In this document: positions 35,084 to 41,954 of the stretch, in pieces
How positions within the stretch are numbered: the stretch's first letter is position 1
How the letters are laid out: every line of letters begins with the position of its first letter
IMG/VR virus record: IMGVR_UViG_3300045988_082204
Length of the DNA: 44,485 bases
Source of the DNA: a virus
Strand: one strand, 5' to 3'
The notes under the pieces: model-generated
Told to the model about the DNA's origin: nothing
Databases searched by the model: none
The model's input: the letters and a program-made list of their open reading frames with translations, nothing else
Translations under genes and position numbers: made by a program

Positions 35084-35680
35084 ATGGATAATTACAGTTT
35101 ATCCGATCTTGCATCCGTTGTAGGCAACAAAGATAACGACGGTTTCGGCTTTGGCAGTGGCGGTTTGCTGCTTGTGGTTGTACTGTTCCTGTTCTTTATG
35201 ATGTTCGGCGGCTTTAACCGCGCCGGTGATTATGGTCAGTATGCAACCGCTGCATCACAGCAGGAGATCCTTTTCGGCCAGCAGTTCGGCCAGATTAATG
35301 ATCGCCTTACCAGTATCGGCAACGGCATTTGCAATCTTGGCTACGATGTGCAGGGCAACATAGGCCAGCTCGGTAAAGAGATGGCGCTTGCTCAGAATGG
35401 CACAAACATGACCATTATGCAGACCGGCAACAGCATCCAGGCACAGCTTGCCGATTGCTGCTGCAAGACACAGCGCGCCATCGACGGCGTTAACGCGAAC
35501 CTTGAAGCGAAGTTCGCGGCACTGGAAAAGTCGCAGCTTGAACAGCGCATTGCCGAACAGTCGGCGCGTATTGCCAGTCTTGAAATGGATAACCGTATGT
35601 ATGGCGTAGTCCGCTATCCTAACGGCTATACCTACAACGCCGGTATGTCCCCGTTTTGCGGCGGCGGTTGCTGCGCATAA
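35084..35680 (+). CDS. Hypothetical membrane-anchored protein with Cys clusters
   Basis: N-terminal TM (LLLVVVLFLFFMMFGGF), Gln/Asn/Gly-rich repeats, a CCCK cluster and a C-terminal FCGGGCCA. Confidence 0.55.
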   Translation: MDNYSLSDLASVVGNKDNDGFGFGSGGLLLVVVLFLFFMMFGGFNRAGDYGQYATAASQQEILFGQQFGQINDRLTSIGNGICNLGYDVQGNIGQLGKEMALAQNGTNMTIMQTGNSIQAQLADCCCKTQRAIDGVNANLEAKFAALEKSQLEQRIAEQSARIASLEMDNRMYGVVRYPNGYTYNAGMSPFCGGGCCA

Positions 35681-35774
35681 CCCTAAATGATTATCCGCTT
35701 TAACAGCGTTAGCCCGTGTGGTAAACGCTGCACGGGCATTATTAATATTTAATTAAGAAAGGAATTATAAAATT

Positions 35775-36215
35775 ATGGCTTGCAATTCTAAACTGAAAAA
35801 CGCGCATTACAAAAGCGCACAGAACGCATACAACAACATCGCGCAGACCTTTGTTGCTGCCGGTACGCCCGTTAACGTGCTGGGCATCCTGAACACCGAT
35901 ACCGGCTGTTCGATAGATACCGTCACAGGCGGCTTTGTAGTCGCGTCCAGCGGCCTTTATCGCATCAGCTATGATGTTGTGTTCACGGCTGACGCAGCCG
36001 GTACAGCCGAGCTTAAAGCCTTTAAAGATACCGTCGCGCTGCCTTGCGCTGATGCACAGGTAACGACCGTAGCGAACAACATTTACACACTGCACATCGA
36101 AACCACAATTTATATCCCCGTATGCTGCAATAGCGCTCCCACTATCAGCGCGGCCATAAGCGGCATAGCAGGTACAATCAACCACGTTTGCGCAAGCATG
36201 GTGAAGCTGGCATGA
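35775..36215 (+). CDS. Hypothetical protein, C1q/TNF-like (BclA C-terminal-domain-like) by eye
   Basis: The pattern GGFVVASSGLYRISYDVVF...ELKAFKD...TLHIETTIYI resembles the jelly-roll of BclA-CTD/C1q proteins. Unverified. Confidence 0.45.
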   Translation: MACNSKLKNAHYKSAQNAYNNIAQTFVAAGTPVNVLGILNTDTGCSIDTVTGGFVVASSGLYRISYDVVFTADAAGTAELKAFKDTVALPCADAQVTTVANNIYTLHIETTIYIPVCCNSAPTISAAISGIAGTINHVCASMVKLA

Positions 36216-36691
36216 AAGATAAAATTAAAGCTTACAAAGAAAAGCTTGAAAATGCCATATCTGAATATATGGCCTCACCGTCCACAGAACGGACGTATCA
36301 GGCAGTGCATGGCATGGTAGATTGCTGGGAAGCTATCGACAGCATGGAACAGTGTCTATGCCGCACAGGTAAATTTACTCGTGACGACGCGGAGGCATGG
36401 AACGCTAAAATGCTGAACGACGACGGCACGACCGGCGGACACTGGACGATTACGCAGACAACGGCAGTCGCACAGTCCATCGGCGTAAAATTCGATCATA
36501 TATCCGATTATTGCTGGAACGTCGCAATGAACATGATGTATTCGGATTACTGCACCGTTGCCAACAAATACAACGTAGGCACACCCGAATTTTACGCTTG
36601 CATGGCAAAGGCGTTTTTGTTCGATAAGGACGCGAAAAGCCCCAGTGCAAAGATGGCAGCGTATTACTTTGGGATTGTGGACGTGGAATAA
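36212..36691 (+). CDS. Hypothetical protein
   Basis: ATG 36212 overlaps the upstream stop (ATGA). 159 aa. Confidence 0.5.
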   Translation: MKDKIKAYKEKLENAISEYMASPSTERTYQAVHGMVDCWEAIDSMEQCLCRTGKFTRDDAEAWNAKMLNDDGTTGGHWTITQTTAVAQSIGVKFDHISDYCWNVAMNMMYSDYCTVANKYNVGTPEFYACMAKAFLFDKDAKSPSAKMAAYYFGIVDVE

Positions 36692-36696
36692 ACAAT

Positions 36697-36717
36697 GTCT
36701 GTAATACGTCTGTAATA
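36697..36717 (+). repeat. Putative integrase arm-type sites (P arm): 2 x GTCTGTAATA
   Basis: Copies at 36697-36706 and 36708-36717. The same motif recurs on the other side of the core. Confidence 0.5.
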
Positions 36718-36858
36718 GACGGCATTTTTGCAGCATTTCGGGCGATTTTTATTAAATTTTGCCATGAAATATAATAACTTTTACGGCAAAAACAAAGCCT
36801 TAAAACGCTTAAAACGCGAAAATAGGCAACAATTTAGAGAAAATAATAAAAACGTTTA

Positions 36859-36908
36859 TTTGAATGGCATTCAAGAGGTCAGCGGTTCGATCCCGCTTAT
36901 CTCCACCA
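36859..36908 (+). other. attP core: 3' portion of a tRNA-Ala(GGC) (anticodon arm to CCA); not a complete tRNA gene
   Basis: Anticodon arm tttga/atGGCat/tcaag, variable aggtc, T-arm agcgg-ttcgatc-ccgct, acceptor 3' strand tatctcc, then A and CCA. The T at the position pairing with nt 3 implies G3:U70. No D-arm or 5' acceptor lies upstream. Confidence 0.7.
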
Positions 36909-36918
36909 ACAAATAAGG

Positions 36919-36948
36919 CTCGAAAGTGTAAGCTTTCGGGTCTTTTTT
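36919..36948 (+). terminator. Rho-independent terminator after the tRNA fragment
   Basis: 8-bp stem ctcgaaag/ctttcggg, 6-nt loop, tctttttt tail. Confidence 0.65.
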
Positions 36949-37020
36949 GCGTTTAAGGGTATGTTTTGCCCTGAAAAGTTACTAAATCTGTACCTTGCGT
37001 TTCTGCTGAAAAATGGCCTT

Positions 37021-37041
37021 GTCTGTAGTATGTCTGTAATA
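37021..37041 (+). repeat. Putative integrase arm-type sites (P' arm): GTCTGTAGTA and GTCTGTAATA
   Basis: Copies at 37021-37030 and 37032-37041. Same orientation and same 11-nt spacing as the P-arm pair. Confidence 0.5.
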
Positions 37042-37057
37042 GCGCAACGCGTTTTTT

Positions 37058-38194
37058 TCACAAAGCATCGGTTATTTTGCGCAAATCGGAATAATTTACG
37101 TCCTGATAATACCTTAACATATCGTCACTGGTGTGCCCGATCAATTCAAGCTTGTCTTTATCCGCGCCCTTTACACGCTTCATAAGGGTAGCAAATGTGT
37201 GACGGCAACTGTGCGGCGTGTATGTATAAAAGGTTTTTCCGTCGCGTTCTTGGGTGGGATTATCTATGCCGCAGGCTTCAAGCACGTTATAAAATAAAGC
37301 CCTGTAGCGTTCTACGGTAAAGGCTTTGCCGTCCTTGTCGACGAACACCGCGCCGGACGCTTTACCGGGCGGTAACAGTGCGTCAATGTACGGCTGTATT
37401 TTCGGCGATATCGTAACGATGCGATCTATACCGGCTTCGGTTTTTATGCCGTTTATAAATGCACGTTCAGCGCGGATATACTGTGACGCATCCAGCGCGA
37501 CAAACTCGGTAGGGCGATAGCCTAAGTAACACTGGCAAATGACGTAGGACGCGCCGAACACGTCGTTAACGTGCGCTTTCAGCTTTGGCAGCGCATCATC
37601 AGGCAGGCCGGGCCTGCTGCTGTGTTTGCCGTCAACGGCTAAATACTGACCGTAGTTAAGCTCGGCATAATGGCGCGGTATGGCATATTTGTAGATAAGG
37701 CCGCATAGTGCGCGCATGTTTTCTTTAGTGCGCCGTCCGTGTGGGCATTCGTCGATACATTCCTGCAAATCTTCTATTTCGATATCGCGCAGGTTTAAAT
37801 GATAAACAGCTTCAAAGTATTTATACGCTGATTTATAGCAGTTTATTGTATTTTTACCGGTACGGTGCGTAGGCAGCCACGCTTCATACATCTGCGTAAA
37901 TGATGCGTTTTTAGCCTTTGAAGCTGGCGCTCGTTTAAGGATAGGTATATATTCTATAGCTTCTTTTTTCGTCTTGAAACCGGCCTTAGAACGGGTCTTG
38001 CGATGCACTTTGCCGTTTTCGTCGATTACATATCCTTCGACGATAACCACAGTCCAGCCACTGCCGCGCTTGTAGACGCTGCCTGTACCATTACCGCGAG
38101 ATTTCGGCTTGCGGCCTGCTGCCACACGTGCGCCGCACATATTGCAGAATTTTGAACCGTCCGGTATATCGGCTTTGCATTTTTTGCATTTCAT
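37058..38194 (-). CDS. int: Tyrosine integrase with an N-terminal zinc ribbon
   Basis: Start at MKCKKCKADIPDGSKFCNMCG. C-terminal HSCRHTFATL...LIGHTS...LRYY catalytic pattern. Adjacent to attP. Confidence 0.9.
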   Translation of the reverse strand: MKCKKCKADIPDGSKFCNMCGARVAAGRKPKSRGNGTGSVYKRGSGWTVVIVEGYVIDENGKVHRKTRSKAGFKTKKEAIEYIPILKRAPASKAKNASFTQMYEAWLPTHRTGKNTINCYKSAYKYFEAVYHLNLRDIEIEDLQECIDECPHGRRTKENMRALCGLIYKYAIPRHYAELNYGQYLAVDGKHSSRPGLPDDALPKLKAHVNDVFGASYVICQCYLGYRPTEFVALDASQYIRAERAFINGIKTEAGIDRIVTISPKIQPYIDALLPPGKASGAVFVDKDGKAFTVERYRALFYNVLEACGIDNPTQERDGKTFYTYTPHSCRHTFATLMKRVKGADKDKLELIGHTSDDMLRYYQDVNYSDLRKITDAL

Positions 38195-38258
38195 TATTCG
38201 CTTTGACCCCCTTAGATATTCGCTGAAAATAATTTTATAGCGAATAATGCCCACAGAG

Positions 38259-38819
38259 TCAGTCCTGTGGGCTTTTTGTTGTTTTGGCATCGTGGATTAC
38301 GGTTTTCACCGCAAAGACGATCAGGGCGATTGCAGCAAGCACCACGATAGCCAGGAACACGGCCAGCACCGTTAAGCCGCCGGATTTGAACAAGCCGATG
38401 TTCTTTAGCTGCATATCAAATATGATATATCCCACGCCCACGCACAGCAGAATTGCGCATACACCGACAAGGCAGAATACAAGCGGCCTGTAAACGGCGT
38501 TCATGCGCTTGTGGTGCTCAACGTCATTTTTTGCGCAGGCGTTTTCAATCTCAAGCTCACGGATATAGTCGTTAGTATCGGTGTCGCGCAAACCCAACGT
38601 TTCATCGAGCGACAGGCCGAGAACAACGCATATGGCGGCGACACTGTGGAACGAAACTTGCTTTGCAGTACCGGCGGTTATATTGCATACGGTGTTGTAC
38701 GCGATGCCGGACTTGTCGGCGATTTCCTGATTAGTTAGCCCCGATGCGTCCTTACCTTTGCGGATTTTGGCGAAAACCACAGTCAAATCGGGAATTTCAT
38801 AAGTCGATTGCACGGTCAA
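38259..38819 (-). CDS. Membrane-anchored XRE-family HTH protein
   Basis: N-terminal LTNQEIADKSGIAYNTVCNITAGT HTH. Two C-terminal TM segments (LVFCLVGVCAILLCVGVGYII; LTVLAVFLAIVVLAAIALIVFAV). TTG start after GGAGATGA. Confidence 0.7.
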   Translation of the reverse strand: MTVQSTYEIPDLTVVFAKIRKGKDASGLTNQEIADKSGIAYNTVCNITAGTAKQVSFHSVAAICVVLGLSLDETLGLRDTDTNDYIRELEIENACAKNDVEHHKRMNAVYRPLVFCLVGVCAILLCVGVGYIIFDMQLKNIGLFKSGGLTVLAVFLAIVVLAAIALIVFAVKTVIHDAKTTKSPQD

Positions 38820-38836
38820 TTATCATCTCCAAAGCA

Positions 38837-38874
38837 TTCTTGTTTTCGCCGAAATGTTCTTGTTTTTGGCGAAA
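38837..38874. repeat. Two 18-nt direct repeats upstream of the HTH-TM gene (operator-like)
   Basis: ttcttgttttcgccgaaa (38837-38854) and ttcttgtttttggcgaaa (38857-38874). Further TTTCGGCGA-like copies lie at 38891-38920. Confidence 0.45.
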
Positions 38875-38981
38875 CTATTGAAAAAGCGTCATTTCGGCGA
38901 TTTCGTTATAGATTTCGGAGGTACATTTTGTTACGCTATAACCGTAGCAGATAAAAGGTTTACAAGGGATATCTGTTACAA

Positions 38982-39015
38982 GCCCTGCCTACCGGGTTGC
39001 AGCGGCGGGCAGGGC
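38982..39015 (-). terminator. Terminator-like GC hairpin after the DUF4041 gene
   Basis: 8-bp stem gccctgcc/ggcagggc. The U tail on the minus strand is weak. Confidence 0.4.
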
Positions 39016-39025
39016 GAGTTGAAAA

Positions 39026-40732
39026 CTATGTATTTGCGTTCGCCTGTGCGCGTAATAGCAACGATTCACGGTACTGTTCGGCTGGGGGCGTATCGATAAA
39101 TTCGACGGACTTATCAAAGTTTTCTTTAACTACTTTTTTAATCTCATCAAGAGTGACGTTAAAGAATTCTCTGCGCTGATTCACAAAATTCAGCTTGCGG
39201 TCTGCAAACGCATTATGCAGTGCGGCTTCAAGCTTCGGCGCATCATCGGAAAATATCATTGCATGAATATCAAATTTAAAGGGTACGGACGCATCGCCCA
39301 GCTCGTCAACACGGTCTGAAGGGTCAAGGCGGCGGGTCATGCCGATTTTATACACGTTTTCGCCGAACGCGCCGATATTAGATATAATGTAAACATATCC
39401 GGCGCGCTGGTTTGCTTCACGGTAATCAACTTCCTTGAACGCAGTGTCGATCTTATCAAGCTGCTGTTCGATGTGAGCTTTCTTTTCTTCTATGGCGGCG
39501 GCTTCGTCACCGGTCGCCTGTAAAAGCTGCGCGTTGATTTTTTCCAGCGCATTTTGATAATGCGTCTGTTCCTTTTCAAGCTTGCGGCGTTCTTCTTCCA
39601 ACTCGCGGGCAAGCCGCTGTGCTTCTTTCAGTTCGGCGCGGGCTTCTCGCTGCTCTTCTTTTTCCTGTTGCTTTTTCTGCTGCCACTCAAACGCAAGGTG
39701 AAGTTCATCAAGCTTCATTCCGTAGTAAACGGACGTTATGCTGATACCCATCATAGCACCGAGCTTTGATATGGCCTCACGCGACGCTGTTATGCGCCTT
39801 TCGCTGATTTCGACGTTGTTATATTTGACGTGTTCAACAACGTCGTCACATTCGGCATTGAATGCACGCAAAAGCAGCTTTTGCATGTCGGCGACCATCC
39901 TACCGCCTTTTTTAGTGTCGCCGTCTATAGCCCATGCTGTGCTGCCGCTGACCGCCGTGCCCTCGCGCACCGCGTCCTTTTGACGGGCACGAATTTCAAG
40001 CAGACGCGCCTTGTAATCGTCGGCGCGCATGAAATCATAATGCGGTGTGTACAGTCCAAAGCTTTGAAGCGAAACGACATCTTCAACTTCGGTGATCTGC
40101 TGCTTAACGGCGTTCAATTTTTCTTCACTTTCTTCAATTTGCTTGAGGTATTTATCATATAGGTTTTTTACCTTTTCAAGATCCATACCTTCTGTTTCGA
40201 CGATCCGGCATTTGACTTCATTAAGCTTTTCTTCGTTTTCTGCGATTTCTTTAAGGTACTTATCATTTTGGGCTTTCAGTTTCTGAACGTCCATCTTGAT
40301 ATCAACCAATTCGCTTTGCTCGGGGGTCAGTTGTTCGCGCAGCCTTGCATTTTCGCGACGCAGGCCGTCAAGATCGTCGCTGTGTACCTTACTGTTAACG
40401 CGATACACTGAATTATTTGTTGATAATCCATTGATTTTATCCATAGTGCACTGTTCACCGGCTTCATATCCCTGCGCCGATGATATATTGTTGCTTATCG
40501 GCGACGTGACCGGCTCAGGCGTCGGCTGCACGGGTTTAGCTGGTGGCGCTTCCTTTTTGTTCGGCTTCAACAGTATTGCAGCGATACCTAAGCAAAATAT
40601 AGCACCAAGTATCGTAACCGCTGTGTCATTATCAGGCATTTTCGGAGCAAAAATCAACCACACACCGGCAATAGCGAAGACGACACCATAAATAACCTTG
40701 ATGACGTGCAATATCTTTTTTAATATGTCCAT
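39026..40732 (-). CDS. TM + coiled-coil + DUF4041-like + T5orf172 (MUG113/GIY-YIG-like) protein
   Basis: Two N-terminal hydrophobic segments. Duplicated coiled-coil unit (DKYLKEIAENEEKLNEV / DKYLKQIEESEEKLNAV). SFGLYTPHYDF...LLLRAFNAECD central region. C-terminal GYVYIISN...VYKIGMTRRLDPSDRVDELG. SD AGGGGGA lies 6 nt upstream. Confidence 0.8.
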   Translation of the reverse strand: MDILKKILHVIKVIYGVVFAIAGVWLIFAPKMPDNDTAVTILGAIFCLGIAAILLKPNKKEAPPAKPVQPTPEPVTSPISNNISSAQGYEAGEQCTMDKINGLSTNNSVYRVNSKVHSDDLDGLRRENARLREQLTPEQSELVDIKMDVQKLKAQNDKYLKEIAENEEKLNEVKCRIVETEGMDLEKVKNLYDKYLKQIEESEEKLNAVKQQITEVEDVVSLQSFGLYTPHYDFMRADDYKARLLEIRARQKDAVREGTAVSGSTAWAIDGDTKKGGRMVADMQKLLLRAFNAECDDVVEHVKYNNVEISERRITASREAISKLGAMMGISITSVYYGMKLDELHLAFEWQQKKQQEKEEQREARAELKEAQRLARELEEERRKLEKEQTHYQNALEKINAQLLQATGDEAAAIEEKKAHIEQQLDKIDTAFKEVDYREANQRAGYVYIISNIGAFGENVYKIGMTRRLDPSDRVDELGDASVPFKFDIHAMIFSDDAPKLEAALHNAFADRKLNFVNQRREFFNVTLDEIKKVVKENFDKSVEFIDTPPAEQYRESLLLRAQANANT

Positions 40733-40905
40733 ATTATTCCCCCTAAATTAGATTTACTACACAATATTACCACTCTCAACGGCGAAATTCCACGATTTTC
40801 AACAATTTCGGCTGATTGCTTAATAACAGCAATCTCGACTTGTGTACATTGCCCATATAATCCACCACGCAAATTGTACAAAAAGGATGTTTTACGTTTG
40901 TGCAT
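40720..40905 (-). CDS. Possible small XRE-like HTH protein, translationally coupled to the DUF4041 gene
   Basis: CTQVEIAVIKQSAEIVENRGISP resembles an HTH_3 core. The 3' end contains the SD and start of the downstream gene (13-nt overlap). It has no convincing SD of its own. Confidence 0.35.
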   Translation of the reverse strand: MHKRKTSFLYNLRGGLYGQCTQVEIAVIKQSAEIVENRGISPLRVVILCSKSNLGGIIWTY

Positions 40906-40936
40906 AACAAGAATGGACGAATATACGCAATTGTGC

Positions 40937-40982
40937 TAATATCTTTACAAGATAATAAACGATAAATAATATCTTAACAAGA
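40937..40982. repeat. Two 16-nt direct repeats, 30 nt apart, in the upstream region of the XRE/DUF4041 pair
   Basis: taatatctttacaaga (40937-40952) and taatatcttaacaaga (40967-40982). Confidence 0.6.
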
Positions 40983-40994
40983 CAATTGACAGTT

Positions 40995-41021
40995 AATAAA
41001 AAGCTCCCCGTTTAGGGGAGC
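40995..41021 (-). terminator. Rho-independent terminator (minus strand) ending the toxN transcription unit
   Basis: 7-bp stem gctcccc/ggggagc, 5-nt loop, followed on the minus strand by TTTTTATT. Confidence 0.65.
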
Positions 41022-41042
41022 GAGGGTTAGTTGCAAGCCGCC

Positions 41043-41229
41043 TATTTATAAGTCCCCGAACGGCAGGGGGCAGTTAATAGCAGGTCGCATATTTATAAGC
41101 CGCCTTACGACAGGCGGCAAAGGTGGCCATCATCTCGGTGAGCATTTTTTATTTTACCCATCTCGCGCCCTACGAGATGATCTTCTCGGTGGGACTTCTT
41201 TATTTATACGGCTCGACTCCCTCCGAGCC
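41043..41229. repeat. Array of 29-nt AT-box + hairpin modules, plus a segment with mutually exclusive pairings
   Basis: Three modules of identical architecture: tatttata(a/c), 6-bp GC stem, 8-nt loop, 6-bp stem. They lie at 41043-41071, 41090-41118 and 41201-41229, and each has a different stem sequence. Between them, 41129-41137 and 41159-41165 both complement 41173-41181. Confidence 0.6.
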
Positions 41230-41243
41230 AGTGCTAACATTGA

Positions 41244-41729
41244 TTATCGGTTCGGGTCAAATTGCTTACAGGCTTTTTCAAGCTTCTTGAAATTGCAGCA
41301 AATCTCCTTGAGAAACTTGTTTTCACTGTTTACGACTTCATAATAAGTCCGAGACGCTTTGTTAAGTATATCGGTTTTGTTTCGATTACAGAAATACGCC
41401 TGTTTCTTCAACAGCATTGCGTAATGGGCGCTTGGTTCGTCATCGATATTAAAGGATATCAAAACATCGTCCCTGACAGGTATCATATTGTTAAAGCCCA
41501 GCAGACCCAATCTGCCTTTGTCCATCTTGAGAATATGTATTCCCGGTTTTATTTTTTCGTGAGCCGGTTTAGGTGATTCCATCGGCACAAAATATTTAAA
41601 TTCGCCGACGTGAAGTACGACTCCAACATAAGGGCGCAAATGGTGCTTGTTGAGCTGTACTCGGCTGTCACGGCTGTGTAAAAAGGCGACGTATTTATCT
41701 TTAACCCTATAGATTTTTAAATTTTCCAT
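41244..41729 (-). CDS. toxN: Type III toxin-antitoxin toxin, ToxN/AbiQ family endoribonuclease
   Basis: KIYRVKDKYVAFL...RPYVGVVLHVGEFKYFVPMESPK...LGLLGFNNMIPV...CNFKKLE aligns by eye with ToxN/AbiQ. A tandem RNA-repeat array and a terminator lie immediately upstream. Confidence 0.85.
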   Translation of the reverse strand: MENLKIYRVKDKYVAFLHSRDSRVQLNKHHLRPYVGVVLHVGEFKYFVPMESPKPAHEKIKPGIHILKMDKGRLGLLGFNNMIPVRDDVLISFNIDDEPSAHYAMLLKKQAYFCNRNKTDILNKASRTYYEVVNSENKFLKEICCNFKKLEKACKQFDPNR

Positions 41730-41758
41730 ATATCTCTCTCGTTTATTTCATTTAAAAG

Positions 41759-41787
41759 AGGCGAGACAGGAAATGCCCATCTCGCCT
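41759..41787 (-). terminator. Hairpin between the repeat array and toxN (attenuating terminator, as in ToxIN loci)
   Basis: 8-bp stem aggcgaga/tctcgcct, 13-nt loop. On the minus strand it is followed by CTTTTAAAT. Confidence 0.55.
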
Positions 41788-41893
41788 TTTTCAGTCCCTA
41801 CTTACGGTAAGGGTTCACCGCTTTTTTCTGTCCTGACTTTCGGCTCAGGTTATCCGCTTTTTTCTGTCCCTACTTAAAGGTAAGGGTTTCCCT
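41786..41893 (-). ncRNA. toxI: ToxI/antiQ-like antitoxin RNA: 3 tandem repeats of 35-37 nt
   Basis: Units at 41786-41820, 41821-41856 and 41857-41893. The minus-strand consensus is ..GG..AACC[short hairpin]AC.GAAAAA(A)G. Unit 2 has a different but still self-complementary stem. Confidence 0.75.
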
Positions 41894-41954
41894 CTTGGGG
41901 CTGACATGGAACGGTTGTTTCAATGTCATGGTAAGCATCGCTGCTTACATCTTT

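Noticed and set aside
36859-36908. A complete tRNA gene, and the 62-aa ORF at 36728-36916 across it.
   Set aside because: Only the anticodon arm through CCA is present, with no D-arm or 5' acceptor strand upstream. It is an attP tRNA fragment. The ORF is AT-rich, has no SD, and runs through the tRNA-like sequence.
39554-40691. Several + strand ORFs (71-131 aa) inside the DUF4041/T5orf172 gene.
   Set aside because: They are antisense shadows of a Glu/Lys-rich coiled-coil gene, giving Phe/Leu/Ser-rich nonsense. None has an SD.
41786-41893. Could the tandem repeats upstream of toxN, or the hairpin modules at 41043-41229, be a CRISPR array?
   Set aside because: The toxI-like units are directly adjacent, with no spacers. 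The hairpin modules share architecture rather than sequence. No cas genes are present. A type III antitoxin array and a structured-RNA or terminator array fit better.
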